NCBI GenBank assembly: GCA_963764165.1
Contig: CAVXRD010000004.1
Span: 224,001-288,000 of the forward strand
DNA: 64,000 nucleotides
Origin: an uncultured Verrucomicrobiae bacterium
GTDB taxonomy: Bacteria; Verrucomicrobiota; Verrucomicrobiia; Limisphaerales; Palsa-1400
Direction: 5' to 3'
Shown: positions 38,350 through 47,435 of the stretch, piece by piece
Layout of the letters: each line of letters opens with the position of its first letter
How positions within the stretch are numbered: the first letter of the stretch is position 1
Program-made: the position numbers and the translations under genes
The notes under the pieces: model-generated
What the model was told of the DNA's origin: nothing
Databases searched by the model: none
The model's input: the letters and a program-made list of their open reading frames with translations, nothing else

Positions 38350-40872
38350 CTATTGCGCGTAGGACAATCGGCGCAAGTAATCGGAGATCATCGACTGAAA
38401 TTCCTTGGGGTATTCTTCGGTGGCCATGTCGGTGGCGCGTGTATTATCGTAGAGCAACTGCTCAAGCTCGTTGATGACGGACGACAGGCTGGATAATCCC
38501 AGCCCGGCGGATTGCATCGCTGAATTCGGCTTCCCTTTGGCGATTTGATTCGCCGCATCAGCCATGTGGCCCGCAGCCGCTTTCATTCCCTGGTTCAACG
38601 CCCCGCTGACACGCGGATCCTTGCCGGACAATTCGCGCAGCTTCTCGGCCAGCGCGTTCGCCTCTTCGCTCAACTGCTTTTGTTGTTCGTCCAATTGGGG
38701 GTTTTCGCTTTTGCCCGCAATATTGTTGGTTGCGTCGTTCGCTTCCGGCGGTTCAGTTGAACTTCCGCTCGCGCCGGTTTTGCCACCGTTGCTCTTGGCG
38801 GCCTTTGCGACGGCAGGCGGTTTGTTGGGATTTTCCGCGTTGGGCTTGCCGCCGGGCTTATTCTCGGGCGATTTTCGGTAAATATCCGCCAGCGCGGCTT
38901 GCTCGGACGCGAGCTTCTTGGCCGCCGCAATGATTTTTGGCAATTCCTGCTGGCGATCCTTCTTCTGGCTTTCCTTTAATTTCTCGATGGCTTCCAAAAC
39001 AATTTTGATGCCCTTGCACTCGCCGCCCTTGCACATGCCCGCTTCCAACTCCGGGAGCAAGCGTGTCACTTGATACAGATGCTCAAGCGCGTCGTTTTCG
39101 GCAATGAGAGCGGCGGGGCGTTTGGCATCATCCAATTTCTCGGAGGCTTCGTTCATGCAGGCGATGGCGTCGCCAAATTCCGTTTTTGCCTCGGGCGGCG
39201 ACACGCTCAGAAGAAATGAATCCCGAAAGATCTCAGCATAAGCCTTGGTCTGCCGTTGAATGGCGGCGACGGTGGGCAATTTGTCTTCGATATCTTTCTC
39301 CTCCACTGCCGTCGTCGCGGCGATGATCTGCTTCTCGAGAACAAGCAGATTGATTTTTTGGCAGGCCCCATGGCACTCAGACAACGGTTCGCCTTTGGTG
39401 GTGTATTCGACAAAGTAAACTGGAGATTTGCCGATGCCGGGGCCATCCAGCGTGTTGTTGTCCTTCGCTTCTGCGTGATAAGCGACCACCTCGTATTCGC
39501 TCAGACGGAGAGGCGCGAGATCAATGACCGCTTCGGCTGTGGCCTCCTTTTCCTCGGTTTGAATCTTCGGGCAAACAATGGTCTGCTCCTTGCCGTTCAG
39601 TTTCTGGAAAACCAGCTTGATTTCGCCGACTCCGAAATCGTCTGTCACAGAAATTTTCAACGCAACTTTGTTGGTCGGATCGGCCCGTGTGTCCATGCCG
39701 GGGTCAAGAATCTCGACCTTGGGAGGCTCGTCCGGAAGGACTTGGATGTGATACGGAGTGACGTTGCCGCCCTTGTGCCCTTCGTTGTCCGCCATTTCCA
39801 CCCAGTAATAAAGATCGTTGGTCGCCTTCACGCTGCCCGTCCAGACATTGTCGGCGCCAGCAGCCAGATCAACCTTGGAATCGTTGGCAAAGCGCAACCG
39901 CGCTGTGGCAACCTTTGGCGTGCTGGTGATCCGAAACGTCAAATCGCTCGCCCGCAAAACGCTCAAACTAGGATTGCTCTGCTCGATGACGGGAGTCTTG
40001 GTGTAGGCTGGCTGGCGAACGCTTAATTTGAAATCCTTGATCTCGGGTGGAATGTAGGTTTTGACCGTGAATTCCGGAGAGACAGCATCGCTTCCGGTGA
40101 CCTGGTATTTGAGCGGCGCGCGCACATTTTGGAGCAGCGATTCAAAATTTCCATTGGTATCCTTCGACATTGGCACCGTGTGCCATTTGCTGTTGGAGGC
40201 TTCCCGCCAGCGCAAACGCGCGTCTTTCGGAAGGCGGCCGGAGAAGACAGTTTGGACGGACTGATTTTCCCCCGCGCGAATCTCGGCATCGCCCGGCTTG
40301 ACCGCGACGCGCGTGTACGTTTTTCCCGACCACGGCGCGGTAACGCGGGCCAGTGCGGTGAGTGAATCAGGATCGAATACAACAAACAGCAAGCACGCCA
40401 TTGCAACGGCAGCCAGCGAGCCGCCCGAGATGGCAAGCTTCCGGTAGTAATTGGTTTCCACCACCAACAGGCGTTTGGCGGCCTGTTCCTGCAACGCTTC
40501 CACCAACTCCGGCTCAAATTTTTGCGATGCGGTGCGCCCGCCTTCCAGATATTCGGCGGCAGTCGACACGACGCAGCCCAGCTCGGGGCGCTGATTCTCC
40601 AATTCGAGCGCGACTTGTTTGGCGCTCGTCGGATGGCGGAGCAGTTGCCACAAGCGCACGCAGCCGAAGAGAATAATCAGGCCCAGCCCGCCGATGCCGA
40701 CGAGGCGGGCAGGCACTGGCAATTGCCACCAGTAATCTCCCACGGCAATTGCCAGCACGAATCCGAGCACCACCGCGCCCAGGCTGGCCGCAAAAGCAAG
40801 ACGCCGCGCGCGATCCTTTGCGACCCGCGCTGTCGCCAGCCTGTCTGCGTTGTATTGCAAATGTTTGTTCAT
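38350..40872 (-). CDS. Membrane protein with Ig-like and coiled-coil regions (DUF4175-like)
   Basis: N-terminal TMs, PAYT, DEPPKV, DDFGV, AEAKDN; C-terminal YPKEFQSMISDYLRRL. Confidence 0.75.
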   Translation of the reverse strand: MNKHLQYNADRLATARVAKDRARRLAFAASLGAVVLGFVLAIAVGDYWWQLPVPARLVGIGGLGLIILFGCVRLWQLLRHPTSAKQVALELENQRPELGCVVSTAAEYLEGGRTASQKFEPELVEALQEQAAKRLLVVETNYYRKLAISGGSLAAVAMACLLFVVFDPDSLTALARVTAPWSGKTYTRVAVKPGDAEIRAGENQSVQTVFSGRLPKDARLRWREASNSKWHTVPMSKDTNGNFESLLQNVRAPLKYQVTGSDAVSPEFTVKTYIPPEIKDFKLSVRQPAYTKTPVIEQSNPSLSVLRASDLTFRITSTPKVATARLRFANDSKVDLAAGADNVWTGSVKATNDLYYWVEMADNEGHKGGNVTPYHIQVLPDEPPKVEILDPGMDTRADPTNKVALKISVTDDFGVGEIKLVFQKLNGKEQTIVCPKIQTEEKEATAEAVIDLAPLRLSEYEVVAYHAEAKDNNTLDGPGIGKSPVYFVEYTTKGEPLSECHGACQKINLLVLEKQIIAATTAVEEKDIEDKLPTVAAIQRQTKAYAEIFRDSFLLSVSPPEAKTEFGDAIACMNEASEKLDDAKRPAALIAENDALEHLYQVTRLLPELEAGMCKGGECKGIKIVLEAIEKLKESQKKDRQQELPKIIAAAKKLASEQAALADIYRKSPENKPGGKPNAENPNKPPAVAKAAKSNGGKTGASGSSTEPPEANDATNNIAGKSENPQLDEQQKQLSEEANALAEKLRELSGKDPRVSGALNQGMKAAAGHMADAANQIAKGKPNSAMQSAGLGLSSLSSVINELEQLLYDNTRATDMATEEYPKEFQSMISDYLRRLSYAQ

Positions 40873-40890
40873 ACTCAGCCTTTCATATTG

Positions 40891-42993
40891 TCAAGCAAAC
40901 GTGCGATTTGAGAATACAGTTTCCAAAAGAAGAAAGAGAATGCCCGTCATCAACGCCAACCGCCAGAGCCCCTGCCCGCCCTCGACGGGATCAAGCACGG
41001 ATGCGAGCAGCTTGTTTCCGGCCACGGCCTGGCTGCGTGTGATCTGCGCCTGGAGGTCCGGGCTTGCGAAGCCGGCCAGATCGGATTCGCGCTGCGGCGC
41101 ATTGACGGCCATCAGGCGAATGGTTTGCCCACCCGAGTCGAGCAACTCATAAAAGCCAGGAACTTGCGGCTGAAGCTCGAGCTTTCCAGCGGCGCTGGCC
41201 TTGACCACTTCCTCCGCGCCCTCCGGCGGACGCACGCGAATTCCCTGATTGGCGAAGTTGGTGCCAAGATCCATTTCCACCGGGGCCCCGGCGATGAATG
41301 AGTCTTCAAATCGCGGCCCCAAAGAAAGCTCGTCGCCCGCCAGATAATGGCATGCTCCATGAAGCCAAGGGACGAATGTTATGTGCTTCGGCCAATCGCT
41401 CCAACCGGTGTTGGCCGATGTGTCGACAAGCAGGACTCGCCCTGCGCCGACGCCTTTGCTGACGATCATCGGCGTGGAATCGCTGAAGCGGGAGAGCACC
41501 TGCGCCGAACCGGCGGGAGTCAGCGCGAACCGCCGCCAGAATTCCGGGATCGTCAAATCACCACTGTGCGCCTGGCGAAAAGCAGCGAACACCGTCGAAT
41601 TGCTGTCAAAATCGCGCAGCCGCCAATAATTCTCGTAAGTCATCGTATCGCCTTCAACGCGGCCCACGCTGGCGGGGAGCAACTCGCCCAATTCCGAATT
41701 GTACTCGCTGGTGTTGACGCCGTCGCCCGCGAACAGCAGCAAACCGCCGCCAGCTTTGACGTAATCAAACAGAGCGCGCCCGGCTCCGTCCGGCAATTGG
41801 CGCATGGCCGGGAGCAGGACAACTCGATACGGCGCGGCGGCTGAATCGTGGAGCTTTCCCACCAATGCGGACGGAGGCGCTTTGTCGATCTTGAACGGCG
41901 AACCAATCGCATTCGACGCATCGCGATCCGGCTGCAGAGCGCTGAGGACGAAAAAGCTGTCCTCCGAAAATGCGTGTTTGGCCGGGTGAGGCTCGATGCA
42001 CAACACCTTCAACGGCGGGGGCGTTTGAAAAACCTGGTCCCGCTCGTCGTCCAGCGCATAGGAATCGCGCGACGCCAACCGGGCGCTGATTTGATGCCAG
42101 CCGTAGGGCAGCGCCGGCAACGCGCAGGAAACGTTGGTGGTGGTGTGCGCTCCGACGGAAACCGAGCTTGAAAACGCACTCTTGCCGTTGACCACAAATT
42201 CCAGCATTGCGTCCGAAATCTCCTCCGATGAGTAATTGGCGACAGTCGCCTGAAGCGGAGACTCCCCTTTCCCGACCGCCAGATCAGAAACCGCGGCGTT
42301 CGGCGTGTTGGTGGCACCCACCCCAACTATTTTTAAGCCGATGTTTTGCGGCACGGAAATCGATTCCAGCTTCTGGCAGCTTTGCTTTTGCAAATCGCTG
42401 ATGACAAAAATCTCGGATTCGCCCGGAAAATCCCGGGCCGTTAGAAGCTTGACCGCCTCCAGAATTCCGTCGCCCACTTCGCCCGACCCGAAACCTGGTT
42501 CAAGCCTGTCAAGGATTGCAATCAATTTCGGCGCCGGATCCAGCGGCGATAGCGTTTTCGGCGGCGAGGCGCAATCCACCAGTGCCGCGCGGTCATCCAA
42601 TGCCATTTCTGAGACCGCTTTGCGCAAAACGTCTTTCGCTTTCTCCCACCGAGTCGTTCCGCCCTCGGTCACCCGCATGCTGGCGGAGCGGTCCAAAACA
42701 AAAACAACGCGCTTCGCCGGGCGCTCGTTGCCAGCATGGCGGGCGTTCGACATATATGGCCGCGCGAATGCAAGGACGATCAGCGAGACCAGCAAAATGC
42801 GCATCGCCAGCAAAAGCCAGTTCAACAACTTCCGCCGGCGCCCCGCTTTTTCATCCATTTGGGCGAAGAATTGGAGCGTGCTGAACCGCAGCTTCAATCG
42901 CTTTCGCTTAAGCAACAAATGGATCAGGATCGGGATGGCAAGAGCGGCCATGCCCGCCAGAAACGCTGCGTTGCCAAAAAGGATTTGCGGCAT
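40891..42993 (-). CDS. BatA domain / VWA protein
   Basis: AIPILIHLL...FSTL...LAFARP; DRSASM; VISDLQ; C-terminal TM. Confidence 0.9.
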   Translation of the reverse strand: MPQILFGNAAFLAGMAALAIPILIHLLLKRKRLKLRFSTLQFFAQMDEKAGRRRKLLNWLLLAMRILLVSLIVLAFARPYMSNARHAGNERPAKRVVFVLDRSASMRVTEGGTTRWEKAKDVLRKAVSEMALDDRAALVDCASPPKTLSPLDPAPKLIAILDRLEPGFGSGEVGDGILEAVKLLTARDFPGESEIFVISDLQKQSCQKLESISVPQNIGLKIVGVGATNTPNAAVSDLAVGKGESPLQATVANYSSEEISDAMLEFVVNGKSAFSSSVSVGAHTTTNVSCALPALPYGWHQISARLASRDSYALDDERDQVFQTPPPLKVLCIEPHPAKHAFSEDSFFVLSALQPDRDASNAIGSPFKIDKAPPSALVGKLHDSAAAPYRVVLLPAMRQLPDGAGRALFDYVKAGGGLLLFAGDGVNTSEYNSELGELLPASVGRVEGDTMTYENYWRLRDFDSNSTVFAAFRQAHSGDLTIPEFWRRFALTPAGSAQVLSRFSDSTPMIVSKGVGAGRVLLVDTSANTGWSDWPKHITFVPWLHGACHYLAGDELSLGPRFEDSFIAGAPVEMDLGTNFANQGIRVRPPEGAEEVVKASAAGKLELQPQVPGFYELLDSGGQTIRLMAVNAPQRESDLAGFASPDLQAQITRSQAVAGNKLLASVLDPVEGGQGLWRLALMTGILFLLLETVFSNRTFA

Positions 42994-43016
42994 ACGCGTT
43001 TAGTCGGCGAGTTTGT

Positions 43017-43898
43017 TCATATAAGCAGCCGTTTCTCCATGTAGGCGCTCAGGGCTTTGTGCAGTGATCCGTCCGTGCGGAGGAGTTGATAATCTATTTC
43101 ATATTTGTTGCATTCGTGCTCAAGCTCGCGCCGGAACTGGCTGACCCGGGCCAGATATTCCTTCCTAAAACTGGCGGCATGCACAGGCACTTCCATGCCG
43201 GTTTCGGCGTCCTCGAACAGCCATTCGCCCTCGTATTTGAAATCAAGCTCCTCGCCCGCCATGAGATGGAACACGATGACCTCCTGCCGGCGATCGTGAA
43301 GCTGCTGGAACAATTGAAAAACGGTTTCTTTCGAGGCGAAGAAATCCGAGATGACCACCGTCACTCCGCGCCGATTGAACGTCTCCACCACGTCAAATAA
43401 ATCATGGCCAAGGCTCTCCTTCCCTTCGGCGGCGGAGCGGGACAGCATTAGAAGTATCTCGTCCAGATGCTGCCGCCCGCCCCGCGACGGAAGCGCCTGC
43501 ACCGTCGCCTGCCCAAATAGCGCCAGGCCCACGGCGTCGTGCTGCCGCGACATGAAGTAAGCCAGCGCCGCGGCCAGCAGCCGCCCATATTGAAATTTGT
43601 TCCCGGCCCCGAAATCCATCGACGCGCTCGAATCCAGCAAAATTTGGCAGGCCAGGTTTGTGTCGTCCTCGAATTGCTTGACGTAGAGCTTGTCCGTCCG
43701 CGCCCACACCTTCCAATCGACGTAGCGCAAATTGTCGCCGGGGACGTAAGGGCCGTAGGACGCAAACTCCGTGCTGTAACCAAGAAACGGGCTTTGATGC
43801 AGCCCGCTTAAAAATCCCTCAACCACATTCCGCGCCACGAGCGAAATGTCCTCCAATGCGCCCAGCAAATTCGCGTCAAATGTCACTGGCGGATTCAT
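43017..43898 (-). CDS. DUF58 domain protein
   Basis: GLHQSPFLGYSTEFASY, YVPGDNLRYVDWK, LDSSASM, VISDF. Confidence 0.92.
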   Translation of the reverse strand: MNPPVTFDANLLGALEDISLVARNVVEGFLSGLHQSPFLGYSTEFASYGPYVPGDNLRYVDWKVWARTDKLYVKQFEDDTNLACQILLDSSASMDFGAGNKFQYGRLLAAALAYFMSRQHDAVGLALFGQATVQALPSRGGRQHLDEILLMLSRSAAEGKESLGHDLFDVVETFNRRGVTVVISDFFASKETVFQLFQQLHDRRQEVIVFHLMAGEELDFKYEGEWLFEDAETGMEVPVHAASFRKEYLARVSQFRRELEHECNKYEIDYQLLRTDGSLHKALSAYMEKRLLI

Positions 43899-43920
43899 AA
43901 TAAAGCCATTTGCTTCCGTG

Positions 43921-44952
43921 TCATTTTTCGTCAGGCGCGACGTCCTTGAGCAATTGGTCGATGATGCTCAGCGCGGTGGCTTTCTGCGTGCGGGCGTGGA
44001 AGTTGACAAGGATGCGGTGCTGCAACACCTCGCGCGCGACGGAACGCACACCTTGATAATCGGCGCAGAAATTGCCGGCGACGGCCGCCCGGGCCTTCGC
44101 GCCGAGGATTAAGTATTGCGAAGCCCGGGGGCTCGCCCCCCACCGAACGAACTCCTTGACGTATTTTGGAGAACGCGGATCCTCCGGCCTCGTGCGCGAA
44201 ACCAACCGAACGGCGTAACGAACCACTTCCGCCGAAACGGGCACCGCGCGCACGAGCTTTTGGATATCAAGAATTTGCCGGGCGTCCAGAACCGGCTCCA
44301 ACTGGGGCGTCTCGATCCCAGTGGTGCTCCGCACTACCATCTCCTCTTCCTCATTGGTTGGGTAGGTGCTATGGATGCTAAACATGAAGCGATCGGCCTG
44401 CGCTTCCGGCAAAGTGTAGGTGCCCTCCATTTCTATCGGATTTTGGGTGGCGAAAACATGAAACGGCGCCGGCAGCGGATAGGTCTTGTTGCCAATGGTG
44501 ACTTCGCGCTCCTGCATGGTTTGCAGCATCGCGGCCTGGGTCTTGGGCGGCGTGCGATTGATTTCGTCCGCCAGCACCATGTTGGCAAAGACCGGCCCCT
44601 GCAAGAATTCCAGACGGCGCTTCCCCGTCACCGGGTCTTCCTCGATGACATCCGTGCCGGTAATGTCCGAAGGCATCAAATCCGGCGTGAATTGAATCCG
44701 CTTGAAGGAAAGCGCGAGCGTCTTGGCAAGGGAGTTCACGAGCAGCGTTTTCGCCAGGCCCGGGCAGCCAACGATTAATGCGTGGCCGCCGCAGAAGACG
44801 GTGAGCAGGACGTTCTGGATGACTGTTTTTTGGCCGACGATGGCCTTGGCCAATTGGGCTTGAATGGCACTGTGGTGCGAGGCCAGTTCTTCGATGGCCT
44901 TGGGAGTCGACTTCTGAGTTTCGGGCGGGGGCGCGGCGGCTAGAGTCGGCAT
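43921..44952 (-). CDS. moxR: MoxR family AAA+ ATPase
   Basis: GCPGLAKT, RIQFTPDLMPSDITG, LADEINRTPPKTQAA, ATQNPIEMEGTYTLPEAQADRF. Confidence 0.95.
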   Translation of the reverse strand: MPTLAAAPPPETQKSTPKAIEELASHHSAIQAQLAKAIVGQKTVIQNVLLTVFCGGHALIVGCPGLAKTLLVNSLAKTLALSFKRIQFTPDLMPSDITGTDVIEEDPVTGKRRLEFLQGPVFANMVLADEINRTPPKTQAAMLQTMQEREVTIGNKTYPLPAPFHVFATQNPIEMEGTYTLPEAQADRFMFSIHSTYPTNEEEEMVVRSTTGIETPQLEPVLDARQILDIQKLVRAVPVSAEVVRYAVRLVSRTRPEDPRSPKYVKEFVRWGASPRASQYLILGAKARAAVAGNFCADYQGVRSVAREVLQHRILVNFHARTQKATALSIIDQLLKDVAPDEK

Positions 44953-45031
44953 CCGTTGCCTTTCGATGTACGTTTGGGCTGATTCATTTGATTGTCCTTC
45001 GTGTTGCTGCTTATGCCAGTCATAGACATTT

Positions 45032-45041
45032 TACATTTGTA
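45032..45041. promoter_or_regulatory. BlaI/MecI/CopY-type operator upstream of moxR
   Basis: TACATTTGTA matches TACAnnTGTA; context TTACATTTGTAC. Confidence 0.75.
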
Positions 45042-45114
45042 CTAGTTCAAACTCCATTAGACCGCGTTAGTTTCGATTCATCACGTCAAATAAATTACTT
45101 CCGCGCCGAACCCG

Positions 45115-46772
45115 TCATTCCACCGTCAGCCCCAGCATGAACGGAGCCGCTTTGGACTGGCCGGAGACATAATCCACGCTCACCACCGGTGTCTTTGGAA
45201 GGGGGTTGGCCCAGGTGGTGCGATACAAACGAAGCGCGCCGTTTTGCGACCGGATATTCAGATTGTTGCCGGTCCAGGCCATGACGGTGTTGGGATCGCT
45301 GACCGGAGCAAACTCCCAAAACCACCAATCTCGGACGCTCTCGCCATAATTCACCGGCAGCTCCCGCCGCTGGCCATCCGCATAATGCAGGACGATGGCG
45401 GAAACTTTTACGCCGGCTTCGTCCTTGCCCGCGCACGCATGGAGTAAGTGAAGCTTTGAGAACGCTTTCCCAATCGGGATGTTGGCAACGGCCTCGGGAA
45501 AACCGCTGGCCGCTGGCGACTGGCCGTTCCCAGACAACTGCACCACACCGCCCACCTCGAACGGAATTCCGGCAACTTCGTGCGTTCCCGATGGGAAACT
45601 TGCCAGATCATTATCGGAAATGTTCGGCAGCCAGCTATCCTTCAAATTGCCATCCGACCACGGCCGAAGATCGATGGTGGTGAATCGGGGCGCTGGAACT
45701 GCTGGCGCTGGTGCTGCCGAAACGGGTTTGGCGGCCGCCGCCTTGACCTCCAGCCGGGCAGGCGCGACCACTGCCGTCACGAGCAACGCGATCAACACCG
45801 CCGCGACCGTGGGCCGCTGGCGAAAGGCGCGTCCGGGTTGGAGCAAGCTTTTGATGCGGTCTTCGAGGTCTTTCGCGTGGCCGGAAATGGCCAGGGCCGA
45901 AGCGGGGCATGCGGGTTCATAATAGGCTGCCAGACGATCCACAATGGCGGAACCGTATTCGCGCGAGTCAACCTGCAGGCTCGCCACCGCCATTTCATCG
46001 CAGCATTTCTCGCGCTCGTGGCGGATGATTTTGTTCAGCCACCAAACCAGCGGGTGAAAAAAGAACATCGCCTGAACAACAACTTGAATGAGATTGATCA
46101 ATGCATCCCAGCGGCGCACATGGGCCAATTCGTGCCCCATGACGAGCGAGCGCTCGCGAGACGAGCCTTGACGCCCGAACCCCTCCGGCAGGTAAATCGA
46201 GCCTCGGAATACTCCCCACACGAAGGGTTGGCCGATGCCCTTTATCAAGCGGAGCTTGGGGCGATGCTGAATGCCCATCGATTTCGCCATATCCAGAAAT
46301 TCGCATTCCAATTCCATATCCGGCTCTGTCCGCGCGCGCCGCAATCCGGCTTCGACGCGCCAAGCCTTTAGAATCGCCGTCAGGAAATAGCCCAGCGACC
46401 CCGCAATCCACGCGGCCAAAAGCCATTTCTGCCAACGAAATCGCTCCATGAAAGAAAACGCCCCGCTAGCGGTGGCGAACGAATGCCCCGACAATACACT
46501 CTCCGAAGTGAAGGCCGAAGCGGTCGCTTTTAGGCCCGAATTCGACACTATCGGTTGTTCTGGAAATACGCGCTCAACAGTCCGCGCCAACCCTGGCACC
46601 GCGACTGGCATCACCGGCGGAAAAACGCACTTAACCAAAACGACCAACCATAGAAGATACCGCAAATGCGCGCTTCCCCGCGCAGCAGGACGGACACAAC
46701 TCCAACGATGGCGAACAAGGCGGCGATTTGCCAGCTTTGCGTCCAAAGGAAGTTTAGAATGCCGCGAGTCAT
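45115..46772 (-). CDS. BlaR1/MecR1-like M56 metallopeptidase with non-penicillin-binding C-terminal domain; single-base frameshift near 46677
   Basis: HELAHVRRWD, FFHPLVWW, REKCCDE. The natural N-terminus MTRGILNFLWTQSWQIAALF (ATG 46772) is one base out of frame with SAHLRYLLW. Confidence 0.85.
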
Positions 46773-46780
46773 AGAATCAT

Positions 46781-47182
46781 CTATTTTTCAGTGCTCGGAG
46801 GGGTTTCCTTCAGAATGTCCTGGAGCCGCTTGAGGTCTTCCTGGTCGATCTGCCGGCTCTTGGCAAGGTGCATGACAAGCGGCACCGCGTCGCCCCCGAA
46901 AAAGCGCGCAACCAAATCGCTCACCGTCTTGGTGATGACTTTCTCGCGTTTGATGGCGGGAGAAAAAACATGGGCTTTTCCGGCAACTTTGCTTTTCACG
47001 TAGCCCTTGTCACGAAGGCGACGGAGCATCGTCTGGACGGTCGCGCTGGCAATCGGGCGATCCGCGGGAAGCTCGGCCCAGATCTGTTGCACAGTCGCTT
47101 CCTTGAGCTTCCATACGATATTCAGAACTTCAGATTCGGCCGCCCCCAAACCAGCCATTTCAACAGCATCGGGTTTGCTCAT
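46781..47182 (-). CDS. BlaI/MecI/CopY family repressor
   Basis: AESEVLNIVW, TVQTMLRRLRDKGYV, RFFGGDAVPLVMHL. Confidence 0.93.
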   Translation of the reverse strand: MSKPDAVEMAGLGAAESEVLNIVWKLKEATVQQIWAELPADRPIASATVQTMLRRLRDKGYVKSKVAGKAHVFSPAIKREKVITKTVSDLVARFFGGDAVPLVMHLAKSRQIDQEDLKRLQDILKETPPSTEK

Positions 47183-47224
47183 ATTGCGTCTTCAAGATAG
47201 CCACAAACGCTTTCCACGGGACGC

Positions 47225-47253
47225 ATCCTCTTACAATTGTACGAGCGTGTCAA
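47225..47253 (-). promoter_or_regulatory. Probable sigma70 promoter of blaI with an operator in the spacer
   Basis: Minus strand TTGACA-17 bp-GAGGAT; perfect palindrome TACAATTGTA at 47232-47241. Confidence 0.75.
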
Positions 47254-47299
47254 GCGCCGAATTTTGCGACCGCGGCCAAACGGCGTGTGCATCAGTTGC

Positions 47300-47421
47300 T
47301 TGGGGATCGCGGTCGTCTCGACCGCCGTTTTCGGCGTTCCGCCGGAAACTCCTGCGGCAGCGCGGCGAAGACTGGCTGGCGAGACGCCAGCCAGGGCGAC
47401 CGGGACGGTCGCGCTCCCCAA
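47300..47421. repeat. REP-like compound palindromic element
   Basis: TTGGGGA...TCCCCAA ends; internal hairpins GCGGTCG/CGACCGC, CTGGCTGGCG/CGCCAGCCAG, GCGACCG/CGGTCGC. Confidence 0.7.
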
Positions 47422-47435
47422 ACGGGGTTGGCGCT

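Noticed and set aside
44940..44987. Short ORF MNQPKRTSKGNGCRL overlapping the moxR start (leader peptide or another frameshift)
   Set aside because: Cannot be resolved from sequence; moxR has a usable start at 44952.
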